Part shown: positions 27,322-37,228 of the stretch, piece by piece
How positions within the stretch are numbered: the stretch's first letter is position 1
How the letters are laid out: every line of letters starts with the position of its first letter
Source of the DNA: Dehalococcoidia bacterium
GTDB lineage: Bacteria > Chloroflexota > Dehalococcoidia > GIF9 > AB-539-J10
DNA: 64,000 nucleotides
Assembly: GCA_030602785.1 (NCBI GenBank)
Contig: JAUVZB010000005.1
Coordinates: 6,300 to 70,299, forward strand
Direction: 5' to 3'
Translations under genes and position numbers: made by a program
The notes under the pieces: generated by a model
What the model was told of the DNA's origin: nothing
What the model saw: only the letters and a program-made list of their open reading frames with translations
The model's database searches: none

Positions 27322-27606
27322 GCCGTACTCCGCGCGAACCTATACATGAAGCTGAGTTCATTATCTCCCGCTCGTCTCTCCGCAACACGTGAATTGCCTC
27401 ACAAAGCCAGCCTGGATGGCTCAAGTCCATTGCACCCGCACGCCGCAGGTCTGTTCCACCAGCTTCCCGGCATAATCATCGAGGACTGAGCCCCAACTCC
27501 TCCTCCCCTGCCAGCCAAGCCAAGGAGGAACCTGCCTTCACCCGGCTGTCTCCCTTCCTCAGAGACCACCGCGAGCCGACCGGGCCCTTACGCCTCTCGA
27601 AAGCGA

Positions 27607-27658
27607 AGCCCGCCTGCTGGACCCTGCGACATCGTGTCGTTCAAGCAGCAGGCGGGCT
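27607..27658 (-). terminator. 13-bp-stem hairpin downstream of the DRE-TIM gene
   Basis: AGCCCGCCTGCTG (27607-27619) pairs with CAGCAGGCGGGCT (27646-27658). It lies 34 nt past the stop at 27692. The loop is long and there is no clear U-tract. Confidence 0.3.
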
Positions 27659-27691
27659 GCACATTGCGCCATCAGGACGCACAATCGTCGA

Positions 27692-28942
27692 CTATGAGCC
27701 GAGCACGTCGCTGCAGATCTTGAGGAACTGAGCATCCGTGAGCAGAGTGTGCTGCACCCGTCCCTGCCACTTCACCCTGTCTGTGATGTCCTTGACCTGC
27801 TCCTCGGTCGCCTTGATGCCATGCTGGTCCAGATAGTACTCGATTGAAGCGGCGCCGCTGTTCTTGCCGAGAACCAGTTTGATCGGCTCCATGCCCACCA
27901 CCTCGGGCAGGAACGCCTGTATCGTGATGTCGAAGCCGGCATTACGGAACTTCCGATGCAGATCAGCGGCGATGCCGGTCTCGAGCTTGTTGAGGTCACG
28001 GCCAACGATGGGCTTGTTCGCGGGAAGCACTCGCCGCGAGATGTTCTCCACAGTCAGCGACACGTTGGTGAGCCCCTCGAGATTGATGCCGGTCTTGATG
28101 CCTGCGAGGAGCTCGAGCACCATGACCATCTCTTCTGTGGCAACATTGCCTGTCCTGTCGCCCAGCCCGTTGTAGGCGGTGTGTATGACGCTCGCGCCGG
28201 CCGAGATGGCCTCCAGGCTGCCCGCATTGCCAAGCCCGAACTCGTTGTGGGAGTGGAACTCAAGCGGAACACCCGGCAGCCATTCACGCAGTTTCTTGAA
28301 CAGGAATCGGACCGCACGGGGCGACGCGACGCCGACCGTGTCAACAGCCACAAGCCCGTCAAGCTTGGTCTCCCTCGCCAGCGTGGTATAGACATCTTTC
28401 ACGTAGTCCCAGTCATCGCCCCGCGTGAGGTCCCAGCCCATGAAGATGGTCTTGAGGTTATTCTCGTTGGCGTACTTGACCGTGCCGACGATCCGCTCAA
28501 TCACCTCCTCCTTGCTGAGGCCATAAGCAGCGTCACAGGCGTAGGGATTCATGATGTGCTCGAGGATGGCCGTCTTCACGCCACACTCGAGTGCCAGATC
28601 AATGTCCTTCTTTATCGTGCGCACGAAGGCCACCATCTCGGATTGCAGGTTCCGATTGACGATTCGCTTCATGCCCTCGAGTATCTCCGGAGACGCAGGC
28701 GGCATGCCTATTTCGATACGGTGAATGCCGATGTCGCTCAGCGCCTCTGCTATGGCAACTCTCTCCTCCGGTGAGTAGGCGACCCCGACGGTCTGCTCGC
28801 CATCACGCAGAGTCACGTCGTGAATCTGGACGGTCTTGCCGCGAAAATCCGCAACTACTTCGTCCTCGAAGTTCAACGGCGAAACCCAGTACCTGCCGTT
28901 CTCGAAATGTTCCTTCCCCTTGAGTCGCTCAATGTCATACAT
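27692..28942 (-). CDS. DRE-TIM metallolyase (isopropylmalate/homocitrate/citramalate synthase-like), paralogue A
   Basis: The ATG at 28942 lies 9 nt after AGGAGG. Motifs are HDVTLRDGEQTVGV and FHSHNEFGLGNA. The product is 416 aa. Confidence 0.8.
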   Translation of the reverse strand: MYDIERLKGKEHFENGRYWVSPLNFEDEVVADFRGKTVQIHDVTLRDGEQTVGVAYSPEERVAIAEALSDIGIHRIEIGMPPASPEILEGMKRIVNRNLQSEMVAFVRTIKKDIDLALECGVKTAILEHIMNPYACDAAYGLSKEEVIERIVGTVKYANENNLKTIFMGWDLTRGDDWDYVKDVYTTLARETKLDGLVAVDTVGVASPRAVRFLFKKLREWLPGVPLEFHSHNEFGLGNAGSLEAISAGASVIHTAYNGLGDRTGNVATEEMVMVLELLAGIKTGINLEGLTNVSLTVENISRRVLPANKPIVGRDLNKLETGIAADLHRKFRNAGFDITIQAFLPEVVGMEPIKLVLGKNSGAASIEYYLDQHGIKATEEQVKDITDRVKWQGRVQHTLLTDAQFLKICSDVLGS

Positions 28943-29086
28943 GATTCTTGTCCTCCTGACTGACTCTTGTGCTGCCAACGCATATTATTAGCAGATTCGA
29001 CTACCATTCCGCCATCCTCTTCTATGGCGCGCGGACAATGAGCGCACCCCGCAGAAGGGCAGACAAACCCGCCGTCACTCCGTCAG

Positions 29087-30337
29087 TTACTCGCGAATCA
29101 CGTTCGCGCAAATGCTGAGGAACTGGGCATCGGTGAGCAGCGCGTGTTGAATCCGGCCCTGCCACTTGACCCTGTCGGTAATCTCCTTCAGTTGGTCCTT
29201 CGTCGCGCTCAGTCCGTGCCTGTCCAGAAAGAACTCGACTGTGGCCGCACCGCTGTTCTTGCCCAGCACGAGTCGCACCGGGTCCTGCCCGACAAGCGAA
29301 GGATGGAACGCCTGTACAGTGATATCGAAGGAAGCGTCTGCCAGCTTCCGATGGAGGTCTGCATCAATGCCGGTCTCCAGGTCAAATAGACCTCGCCCCA
29401 CAATGGGCTTGTTCTGCGGCACAGGACGACGTGAGATGTTCTCCACCATCAGCGACACGTTCATTATGCCTTCCATGCGGATACCAGTCGAAACTCCGAG
29501 GCCCAACTCAAGCATGACCGCCACTTCCTCGGTAGCGGCGTTGCCCGTCCGGTCTCCAAGCCCGTTGAACGCCGTGTGCACAACGTTGCACCCTGCCGCC
29601 ACCGCCTCGATGATGCCGGCGTTGGCCATGCACATGTCATTATGCGTGTGGAACTCGAGGGAAGTCTCCGGCAACCATCCGGCCAGCTTGCGAAAGAGAA
29701 ACCCGACGGCACGTGGATTGGCCACCCCGAACGTGTCGACCACGGCAATCCCGTCAGGTTTCGCCTCACGGACGAGCGAAGTGTAGATGTCTTGCACGAA
29801 GTCCCAGTCATCCACACGCGTCAGGTCCCAGCCCAGGAAGATCGTCTCGAGCCCCTTTTCCTTCGCGTAGGCAACGCCCGAGATGACTCTGTCCTTCACT
29901 CCGGCCCTGTCAAGACCGTAGGCAGCCTCACAGGCGTACGGGTTCATGATGTGCTGTAGAACCACCGCCTTGAGCCCGCAGTCGACTACCATGTCCACGT
30001 CGGACTTCAAGGTGCGCGCGAAGCCCATCAGCTTCGCATTCAGTCCACGCGCCTCGATGCGGCGCATCCCCTCGCGAACCTCCGCGGACACTGGGGGGAG
30101 GCCAACCTCAATCCTCGGAACCCCGATCTCGTCCAAGGCCTCAGCGATGGCCACTCTCTCGTCAGCGGAGTAGGCAACGCCCACGGTCTGCTCGCCATCT
30201 CGGAGAGTCACGTCATGCAGCACGACCGACCTGCCCCTGAATGGGGCAGCCACCGCATCAACAGAGTTGAGCGGTGACATCCACCACTTCCCTTCGCGGT
30301 AGTTCGGCTGCCTTTTCAGTCTCTCAATGTCGTACAC
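29087..30337 (-). CDS. DRE-TIM metallolyase, paralogue B
   Basis: The GTG at 30337 lies 8 nt after GAGGAGG and aligns exactly with the start of paralogue A (VYDIERLK vs MYDIERLK). Motifs are HDVTLRDGEQTVGV and FHTHNDMCMANA. The product is also 416 aa. Confidence 0.8.
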   Translation of the reverse strand: MYDIERLKRQPNYREGKWWMSPLNSVDAVAAPFRGRSVVLHDVTLRDGEQTVGVAYSADERVAIAEALDEIGVPRIEVGLPPVSAEVREGMRRIEARGLNAKLMGFARTLKSDVDMVVDCGLKAVVLQHIMNPYACEAAYGLDRAGVKDRVISGVAYAKEKGLETIFLGWDLTRVDDWDFVQDIYTSLVREAKPDGIAVVDTFGVANPRAVGFLFRKLAGWLPETSLEFHTHNDMCMANAGIIEAVAAGCNVVHTAFNGLGDRTGNAATEEVAVMLELGLGVSTGIRMEGIMNVSLMVENISRRPVPQNKPIVGRGLFDLETGIDADLHRKLADASFDITVQAFHPSLVGQDPVRLVLGKNSGAATVEFFLDRHGLSATKDQLKEITDRVKWQGRIQHALLTDAQFLSICANVIRE

Positions 30338-30548
30338 GTGTCTGGCCTCCTCGAATTCCATCCGGCCGGGAACACTCCCGCCTTTCGAGGTCGCGAGCCC
30401 GTACATGCCACACCGGCTCTTCGGCTGCAGGTTGCGGCGCAGCCCGTAGACAATCCTCCACCAGCCCGCACTGCAATCAAGCCACACGGGGAGGGCGGCA
30501 TGCGGGACACCGAGAGACCGCACATCGCGACTGCCGGGGCTCTTCGGG

Positions 30549-31940
30549 TCAGCCTCGCCCTCTCTTGCTCAGCTTGAACCACGGATGAAAGCTGACAATA
30601 CAGTCGTCGCACGTGGACGAGGCGAGCGCCCCGCGGTGCGCCATCCGAATGGCTGAAAGATAGTCAGCCACCCTGTCCGGAAGCAGGAAGTGCTGTCGCA
30701 CGAACTCGCGACCGCGCTCGCCAACCTTCCGTCCGAAAGCCGGGTTCGCCAGAAGCGACTCCAGCCTCTTCGCCGTATTCCCCGCACCTCCATAGAAGAA
30801 GCCCGTCACGCCATTGCGTATCTGAAGCGGTATTGCCCCAACATCCGCCCCAATCACCGGCTTCCCCTTCCAGAGCCCTTCCGTGATGACAAGACCGAAA
30901 CCCTCCCTCGTGGAGGGTGACATGATGACGGATGCCGCGCGCTGCAGCGCGTTGATCTCCCTCCAGTTGGTGAGGCGGTCGTCCAGGGGCAGATTCAACA
31001 CATGTATGTCCTCGTCATCACTCGTCGAATTGAGGATCTTGTTGAGTATGCGCCCGCCCTCCGGGTCGTCGGCCGCAAGGCCGCCCGCAATCACGAGCTG
31101 ACAACGCGTGGACTTGCGGGCCAGGCGGAATGACTCAATGGTCCTATCAAGCCCCTTCCACGGGTCGAATCGGCTGACCTGCGCGATAATCGGTATCTGC
31201 CGGTCAATGCCGTACTTGTCGAGCACGGCGCGAACCTCGTCATCCGTCAATTCCCTGTTCTTCTCCGAGAGAGGGTCGATGAACGGCGGGATGATGAACT
31301 TCGGCATGGGCCAGCGTGCCACGACGTAATGAGCGGCAGAGAATATCGCGCCATCGTAGCCATCGCTCCAGCGAGCCATGAATTCCCACAGCCGCGGGTT
31401 GCGCTGGATGGTCTCCTCGTCTATGTCGATATGGCAGCGCCAGAGCCACGACTGGCCGTCCGATTTCAGATAGTGTGCCAACCCGAACGGCTGCGGATCA
31501 TGCACCAGCACCACGTCGTGATCATCGTTGTATCTCAAAGACGCACACTGCTCGATTGAATGAACATAGACATCCTCCATCGCGGGAGTGAATGCGCCCC
31601 GCTTGCCTTGCAGCAGGTTGTGGAGGGTCTTGGTCGCCTCGAAGTACTGCGGCGAGCCGTTTATCGTCTTCCACTCAATCTCCAGGCCGAGCGTGTCCAG
31701 CATGGGAATGGAACTGAACAGCATCTCAGCGACGCCACCACCCTTCGCGCTCGAGTTCAACTCGAGCAATGACAGGCCCTCCACGTCGGACGCGACCCGG
31801 CGCAGACGGTCAATGGCCGTTTGCCCGACAATGGGCTCGTATTCCTCGAGGGGGGCACAGGTGAATGGTCTGTGACCCGTCCGAGCGCTGTAGACTATGC
31901 CGTCCTGAAGCGGGCAGATATCCGCTGACCTGTCTCTCAA
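30549..31940 (-). CDS. treT: trehalose glycosyltransferring synthase TreT (GT4)
   Basis: It matches remembered TreT blocks: GGGVAEML, HNLLQG, WRCHIDI, IPPFIDPLSEKN, SRFDPWKG, DDPEG, STREGFGL and GLWKGKPV. The start is uncertain: the TTG at 31940 follows AGGAGG, and the ORF is open to 32090. Confidence 0.75.
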   Translation of the reverse strand: MRDRSADICPLQDGIVYSARTGHRPFTCAPLEEYEPIVGQTAIDRLRRVASDVEGLSLLELNSSAKGGGVAEMLFSSIPMLDTLGLEIEWKTINGSPQYFEATKTLHNLLQGKRGAFTPAMEDVYVHSIEQCASLRYNDDHDVVLVHDPQPFGLAHYLKSDGQSWLWRCHIDIDEETIQRNPRLWEFMARWSDGYDGAIFSAAHYVVARWPMPKFIIPPFIDPLSEKNRELTDDEVRAVLDKYGIDRQIPIIAQVSRFDPWKGLDRTIESFRLARKSTRCQLVIAGGLAADDPEGGRILNKILNSTSDDEDIHVLNLPLDDRLTNWREINALQRAASVIMSPSTREGFGLVITEGLWKGKPVIGADVGAIPLQIRNGVTGFFYGGAGNTAKRLESLLANPAFGRKVGERGREFVRQHFLLPDRVADYLSAIRMAHRGALASSTCDDCIVSFHPWFKLSKRGRG

Positions 31941-31989
31941 TCGTCCTCCTGGTTCAAATCTGTGGTTCACCGAGGCCTTTTCCGGACAC

Positions 31990-33066
31990 TCAGGCAACTC
32001 CGTCCTGCGCAAGCTCAACAACACTGTCGTCGCCAAGGAACAGTCCCCACCCAACCCCCGGGCAATGCCCGGAAACACGGCAGCGCGCACCGACTATGCT
32101 ATCGCGAAGCGCAATGGAGCCCTCGATATGCGCAGCTTGCATCACAATGGTGTTGGAGACCGACGCTCCTGTCACGTGGACTCCCGCTCCCAGGCTGGCG
32201 TGCGGGCCGATGCGGCAGTTCTCCAGTGCACAACCCGATGCCACGGACACAGGGGCGATAAGCTCGCAGTCCGACATGGTCACGTCCGACTCAACGCCCG
32301 ATTGCCCCACCGCGATACCCCGTACGGTTCCTGACGGCTGTCCGCTCATGCCTGACTCGAGAAGAACGCGATTAGCCTCGAGTATGTCCTCCATCGTGCC
32401 CGTGTCCAACCACCAGCCTTCCAGTTCATGGCTGACGACCACCCTGCCCATGTCAAGCAACTGCTGGATGGCATCGGTAATCTCAAGCTCGCCACGCCAT
32501 GAAGGCCCTATCCGGTCAATCGCGTCATGCACGTCCGGCGTGAACACATACGCGCCAACCAGCGCGAGGTTGCTCTTCGGCTCCCTGGGTTTCTCGACAA
32601 GCCTTACCACACAGCCATGCTCATCAAGCTCGGCGACCCCGAAACGTCGAGGGTCCGCGACTGCTTTGAGCAGAACAAGCCCATGCGGGCCACGCGACCG
32701 AAATTCCTCGATGAGCGGCGCGACTCCACCCTCGATAAGATTGTCTCCAAGAAACATCAGGAAGTCGGAGTCAGCAAGGAAATCCCTTGACATCTTCACC
32801 GCGTGCGCCAGACCGCCGGCGACCTCCTGAACGACGTATGACACCACCAACCCCCATTGCGTTCCATCCCCCACTGCTTCGCGGATTCTCCCCCCTGAGT
32901 CCGGCGAGATGACAATAGCCACATCACGTATCCCCGCATCCGCAATCTGCTGCAGTACGTAGGAGAGAATCGTCCGGTTCGCAACAGGAATGAGATGCTT
33001 GGGGGTCGAGTGTGTGACAGGCCGAAGCCTCGTTCCCTTTCCGGCGCACAGCACAAGTGCCTTCAT
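31990..33066 (-). CDS. sugar-1-phosphate nucleotidyltransferase (long RmlA/GlmU-like form with a left-handed beta-helix C-terminus)
   Basis: The ATG at 33066 follows GGGAG. The N-terminus is MKALVLCAGKGTRLRPVTHSTPKHLIPV. The C-terminus has hexapeptide-like repeats. Confidence 0.8.
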   Translation of the reverse strand: MKALVLCAGKGTRLRPVTHSTPKHLIPVANRTILSYVLQQIADAGIRDVAIVISPDSGGRIREAVGDGTQWGLVVSYVVQEVAGGLAHAVKMSRDFLADSDFLMFLGDNLIEGGVAPLIEEFRSRGPHGLVLLKAVADPRRFGVAELDEHGCVVRLVEKPREPKSNLALVGAYVFTPDVHDAIDRIGPSWRGELEITDAIQQLLDMGRVVVSHELEGWWLDTGTMEDILEANRVLLESGMSGQPSGTVRGIAVGQSGVESDVTMSDCELIAPVSVASGCALENCRIGPHASLGAGVHVTGASVSNTIVMQAAHIEGSIALRDSIVGARCRVSGHCPGVGWGLFLGDDSVVELAQDGVA

Positions 33067-33329
33067 AGTCGTCTCCCTATACCGAAAGCTCCACGCTCGG
33101 ACGATAGTCGGCACGCCGACCGACAAGTGAAAACGTCCGGGTGGAGCCGCCTCGGACAAATTCTATTGAATTCCTCTGGCAAGGGTCAATTGGGGCTGCC
33201 GACAACACCGGCCTCTGCCGGCCGAGGAACGAGGCCTCGAGCGTCGTTGTGACGGGTGCCGCGTGCGAGTATAATCGTCTGCGAAGGTTCCATCGCAGCC
33301 CCACAGGCCGGGAGGGAGGTACAGGACGA

Positions 33330-35516
33330 ATGGGACGACTGCTGATAGTCTCGAACCGCCTGCCTATCACTGTGCACAGGCGCAGGGGCCAACTTCAGTT
33401 TGAGCAAAGCGCGGGAGGGCTGGCCACCGGCCTTTCATCGTTCTACCGGGCGTACGACGCTCTCTGGATCGGTTGGCCCGGCATCGAGCGCAAGAACACC
33501 ATCGGTGACCGGGACGAGATAAAGGAGAGGCTTCTCGCGGAGGACTGCTACCCGGTCTTCCTGTCTCAACGAGAGGTCGACGAGTACTACAACAAGTTCT
33601 GCAGCGCCACGATATGGCCGCTATTCCACTACTTCCCGCAGTACGCTTCCTACTCACAATCTACGTGGCAGGCCTACGAGCATGCCAACCGGACGTTCTG
33701 TGATGCCATCGTGGAAGTGTGGCAGCAGGGCGATATCATCTGGGTTCACGACTTCCAGTTGATGCTTCTTCCCAAGATGCTCCGAGACAGGCTACAGGAT
33801 CCCACCATCGGCTTCTTTCTGCACATACCATTCCCCTCCATCGAGCTATTCCGGCTGCTGCCCTGGCGGACAGAACTCATCGAGGGCATGATGGGAGCCG
33901 ACCTGGTCGGCTTCCACACGTGGGACTACGCAGGTCATTTCCTTGCAAGTGTTCGCTTTCTCCTCGGACACGAGTCGTGGATGGGGCGAATACCGGCGGG
34001 CGACCGCGTGACCAGGGTAGACGTGTTTCCAATGGGAATCGATTACGCTCGATTCGCCGCCGCCGCCAATTCACCAGAGGTCGAGAAGGAGGTGGACGAA
34101 CTCGAAAGGACCTTCGTCGGCCGTCGCGTGGTGCTGTCGGTCGACAGGCTCGACTATACCAAGGGAATCCTGCAGCGGCTCGAGGCGTTCGGCCTGTTCC
34201 TCGACCGAAATCTCCAATACCACAAGAAGCTGAAGTTCGTGCTGGTTGTTGTGCCTTCCCGTACGATGGTGGCGCGCTACGCCCTTCTGAAGCGGCAGAT
34301 AGACGAACTGGTGGGGGCAATCAACGGCAAGCACGGTGTTGTCGGATGGACGCCCATCACGTACACATATCGCTCCGTGCCGTTCCCATCGCTCGTGGCC
34401 CTCTACCGGCGAGCTGACGTCGCACTCGTCACACCGTTAAGGGACGGAATGAACCTCGTGGCCAAGGAGTACCTGGCGTCCAGAACGGACGGCCGCGGCG
34501 TCCTGATACTGAGCGAGACGGCAGGCGCGGCGAAAGAGCTTGGCGAAGCGCTGACCATCAACGTCAACAACGAGGAGGATATCGTTGCCGCGCTTGAAGA
34601 CGCCCTGGCCATGTCCGACGCGGAACAGGGTGAGCGTCTGCGGGTGATGCAACGGCGGCTGCGCCGCTACGACGTCCGCCGCTGGGCCCAGGACTTCCTT
34701 GACACCTTGACTGCGACATCAGAGTCACAGGAAGAGTTGAGAACCCGGACTCTCGGAACCCATGTGCGCCGCAGGCTTGTCAAGAGCTTCCAACAGGCGA
34801 ATCGACGTCTGCTCCTGCTCGACTACGATGGAACGTTGGCTCCATTCGCGTCCAGCCCGTCGAAAGCAGTGCCTTCGCAGGAAGTCATGGAGCTTCTCTC
34901 TGAACTCTCCAGTGATGCCGGCACAGATGTCGTCATCGTCAGTGGGAGGGACAGGGCTTCTCTGGACGGCTGGTTCGGTCATCTGCCTGTGGGAATCGTA
35001 GCTGAGCACGGTGCATGGCTGAAGAGCAAAGAGGCAGTCGAATGGGAGATGTTGGAACCTCTCACGAGCGAGTGGAAGGAGGAGGTCCGGCCGATACTCG
35101 AACTCTACGCCGACCGCACGCCGGGCTCCTTCGTCGAGGAGAAGGACTTCTCCCTCGTATTCCAGTATCGCAGGTCGGACTCCCGCCTGGGAGAACTGCG
35201 CGCACGCGAACTCGTATCACACATCGAGGGACTCACCACGAATCTCAACCTCCAGGTGCTTGAGGGGAGCAAGGTAGTCGAGGTCAAGAACTCGGGCGTC
35301 AACAAGGGTCGTGCCGCTCTCCGCTGGCTCTCAGAGGACATCGACTTCGTGCTCGCAGTGGGTGATGACTGGACCGACGAGGACACCTTCAAAGCTCTCC
35401 CCGAGACGGCATGGACAATCAAGGTGGGTTTCAGCAGCACCGCCGCGCACTACAATATCGGCTCGCCGGGCAAGGTCGTCGCGCTGTTGATGGAACTGCT
35501 GCAAGCCGACGAATAG
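33330..35516 (+). CDS. otsA/otsB: bifunctional trehalose-6-phosphate synthase / phosphatase (OtsA-OtsB fusion)
   Basis: The ATG at 33330 follows GGAGGGAGG. The OtsA N-terminus is GRLLIVSNRLP with WVHDFQLMLLP. The C-terminal HAD motif is LLLLDYDGTL, followed by GDDWTDED. Confidence 0.85.
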   Translation: MGRLLIVSNRLPITVHRRRGQLQFEQSAGGLATGLSSFYRAYDALWIGWPGIERKNTIGDRDEIKERLLAEDCYPVFLSQREVDEYYNKFCSATIWPLFHYFPQYASYSQSTWQAYEHANRTFCDAIVEVWQQGDIIWVHDFQLMLLPKMLRDRLQDPTIGFFLHIPFPSIELFRLLPWRTELIEGMMGADLVGFHTWDYAGHFLASVRFLLGHESWMGRIPAGDRVTRVDVFPMGIDYARFAAAANSPEVEKEVDELERTFVGRRVVLSVDRLDYTKGILQRLEAFGLFLDRNLQYHKKLKFVLVVVPSRTMVARYALLKRQIDELVGAINGKHGVVGWTPITYTYRSVPFPSLVALYRRADVALVTPLRDGMNLVAKEYLASRTDGRGVLILSETAGAAKELGEALTINVNNEEDIVAALEDALAMSDAEQGERLRVMQRRLRRYDVRRWAQDFLDTLTATSESQEELRTRTLGTHVRRRLVKSFQQANRRLLLLDYDGTLAPFASSPSKAVPSQEVMELLSELSSDAGTDVVIVSGRDRASLDGWFGHLPVGIVAEHGAWLKSKEAVEWEMLEPLTSEWKEEVRPILELYADRTPGSFVEEKDFSLVFQYRRSDSRLGELRARELVSHIEGLTTNLNLQVLEGSKVVEVKNSGVNKGRAALRWLSEDIDFVLAVGDDWTDEDTFKALPETAWTIKVGFSSTAAHYNIGSPGKVVALLMELLQADE

Positions 35517-35602
35517 CTCTGTCCGTCGCGCGGTCAGCCACTCGAGTCGGTCACTGCCCCCGGCGCCGGTCCCTCCAGCACTTCACCGACGCGGGCTCGA
35601 GC

Positions 35603-35749
35603 CTACAGGAAGTCCTTCTTGCCCGTAATCGCGAGCAGGCCGGCTACGATGAGTACGATGCCCACAACGGGCTGCAGGAAGGCGGGAACGACGAGGACGA
35701 GAATGCCAAGGACGAGCACGATTATCCCGAAGATAAGGTTCCTATCCAC
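35603..35749 (-). CDS. small membrane protein (DUF3096-like)
   Basis: The GTG at 35749 lies 6 nt after GGAGG. The 48-aa product is VDRNLIFGIIVLVLGILVLVVPAFLQPVVGIVLIVAGLLAITG. Confidence 0.4.
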   Translation of the reverse strand: MDRNLIFGIIVLVLGILVLVVPAFLQPVVGIVLIVAGLLAITGKKDFL

Positions 35750-35940
35750 TTCGCACCTCCGTTGCCGAGGATACACCTGCCCCCATGGGCACATGGCCTG
35801 AGGGGGTGCCAACGCGCCGGACTGACGCCGGCCACTCCGCGACTACCAGCGGAGGGCCCGAGCCTGCCCGACACCATTCCATGTGCCGCCCGTGCCACGC
35901 GCTCGCGGAAGTCGAAGGCGGAGTTCGCTCCCGGTTCCCG

Positions 35941-36384
35941 CTACTGCACCACTCCGTAGTAGTCCCATTCCACGCCAAACGGCAATGCACCGTCGGCGGT
36001 CTTCTCCACTGCGTCAGGCTCCCGGGCAGCTATCTCACGTCGCAGGGCATTCAACGCTATGTCGCGGGCAACGGACTCTTCGGCCTCTGGGACACCGTCG
36101 TCATGAGACGACCCTGCAGCCTCAGCCAGCCTCGTCATGTCCGTCACGAGCAGGCTCGCAAACACGATGTTGACCGTCTCTCCGACCCCGTATCTCCCCT
36201 GCAACCCCTGCGCGGCGTCACGAATCTCCTGCCTCAGAACCGCGATGTAGCCGTGTGTGTCCCCTCCTTTCGAGTTGAGATATGCAACAGCATACGAAAG
36301 CCGCAGGAAGTCCAGCTCGATCGCGGAAGCGCATGAGTCGCGCATGCTCAAACATGGACAGGCGACTCCAAGTATATGTCTCAC
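35941..36384 (-). CDS. hypothetical protein
   Basis: 147-aa ORF with a GTG start and coding-like GC3. There is no convincing RBS and I recognise no motif. Confidence 0.3.
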   Translation of the reverse strand: MRHILGVACPCLSMRDSCASAIELDFLRLSYAVAYLNSKGGDTHGYIAVLRQEIRDAAQGLQGRYGVGETVNIVFASLLVTDMTRLAEAAGSSHDDGVPEAEESVARDIALNALRREIAAREPDAVEKTADGALPFGVEWDYYGVVQ

Positions 36385-36485
36385 AGGCCCTCACACTTCA
36401 TGGTTGCACCGCAGGGTTCCGAACGCCCCGAATCACACGACCGTACGACACGCCGGCGTGACACAGGTGCGAGCGCGGCATTACA

Positions 36486-36941
36486 TCACGGCAAGCGACA
36501 CGAAGCAGGAGGCACAAGGAATACGGGAGCACTGGAACGCCGCAATACCCTCTCCACGGTGTTGCCGAGAAGCCACTTCGACACTCCCGAACGACCGTGT
36601 GTGCTCATCACTACGAGGTCAACGCCATTGTTCTCGACATACTTGAGAATCTCCGCCGCTGGTTCGCCCAGAAGCACGACGGTTGAGACATTCGAGGCTC
36701 CCAGGGAGAGTTTCTCCTTCGCATCGGACAGGTAGTGAAGCATCGATTCCTTCGCCTTGGCCTCCGCCTCCTTCACCCCGTCGGCCCCAAAGTATGCCGT
36801 GGCCGCCGGACGCAGGGGCTCAATCACACCGAACAGTACAACGTCTCGAATACCCCGTGCCGTGACAATCTCTTTCACATGCTCAAACACGCACTCAGCA
36901 AAACTCGACGTGTCGAGAGGCACCAACATCTTCTTGTACAT
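36486..36941 (-). CDS. universal stress protein (UspA family)
   Basis: The ATG at 36941 lies 6 nt after AAGGAGG. Motifs are MLVPLDTS and DLVVMSTHGRSGVSKWLLGNTVERVLRRSSAPVFLV. Confidence 0.8.
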   Translation of the reverse strand: MYKKMLVPLDTSSFAECVFEHVKEIVTARGIRDVVLFGVIEPLRPAATAYFGADGVKEAEAKAKESMLHYLSDAKEKLSLGASNVSTVVLLGEPAAEILKYVENNGVDLVVMSTHGRSGVSKWLLGNTVERVLRRSSAPVFLVPPASCRLP

Positions 36942-37228
36942 CAAATTCCTCCTTGCACTTTCGCTTGTACGCGGCTCCCCAAGTCAAGACCGCCGGACAT
37001 CGCGTTTCGCGCTGTATCCGCGCAGAGCCGCGGAGACGCACACCATGCCAATGATACCACCACGTAGTCCGGACGCAATCGGGCAACGCCAGGGCGAAGT
37101 CCGATTCTCTGCTTTGCTCCCACAGGCCGGCTGGAGTCAAAGTCCCCCTTGTCCGAGCAGCGATTGTGCACAAGCGCGGTTTGTAGTACCTTCGGAAACG
37201 GCACGCGGAGCCCGGGGACGAAGTACCC

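Noticed and set aside
31951-31960. GGTTCAAATC, a T-loop-like string suggesting a tRNA
   Set aside because: It lies within or next to the treT 5' region. There is no acceptor or anticodon stem pairing around it, and it lacks the trailing CC of the T-arm.
31865-32830. 321-aa plus-strand ORF. The same applies to 41883..42764, 27956..28774 and 10704..11483.
   Set aside because: All lie antisense to genes with clear family motifs, and their sequences are low-complexity Ser/Pro/Arg-rich.
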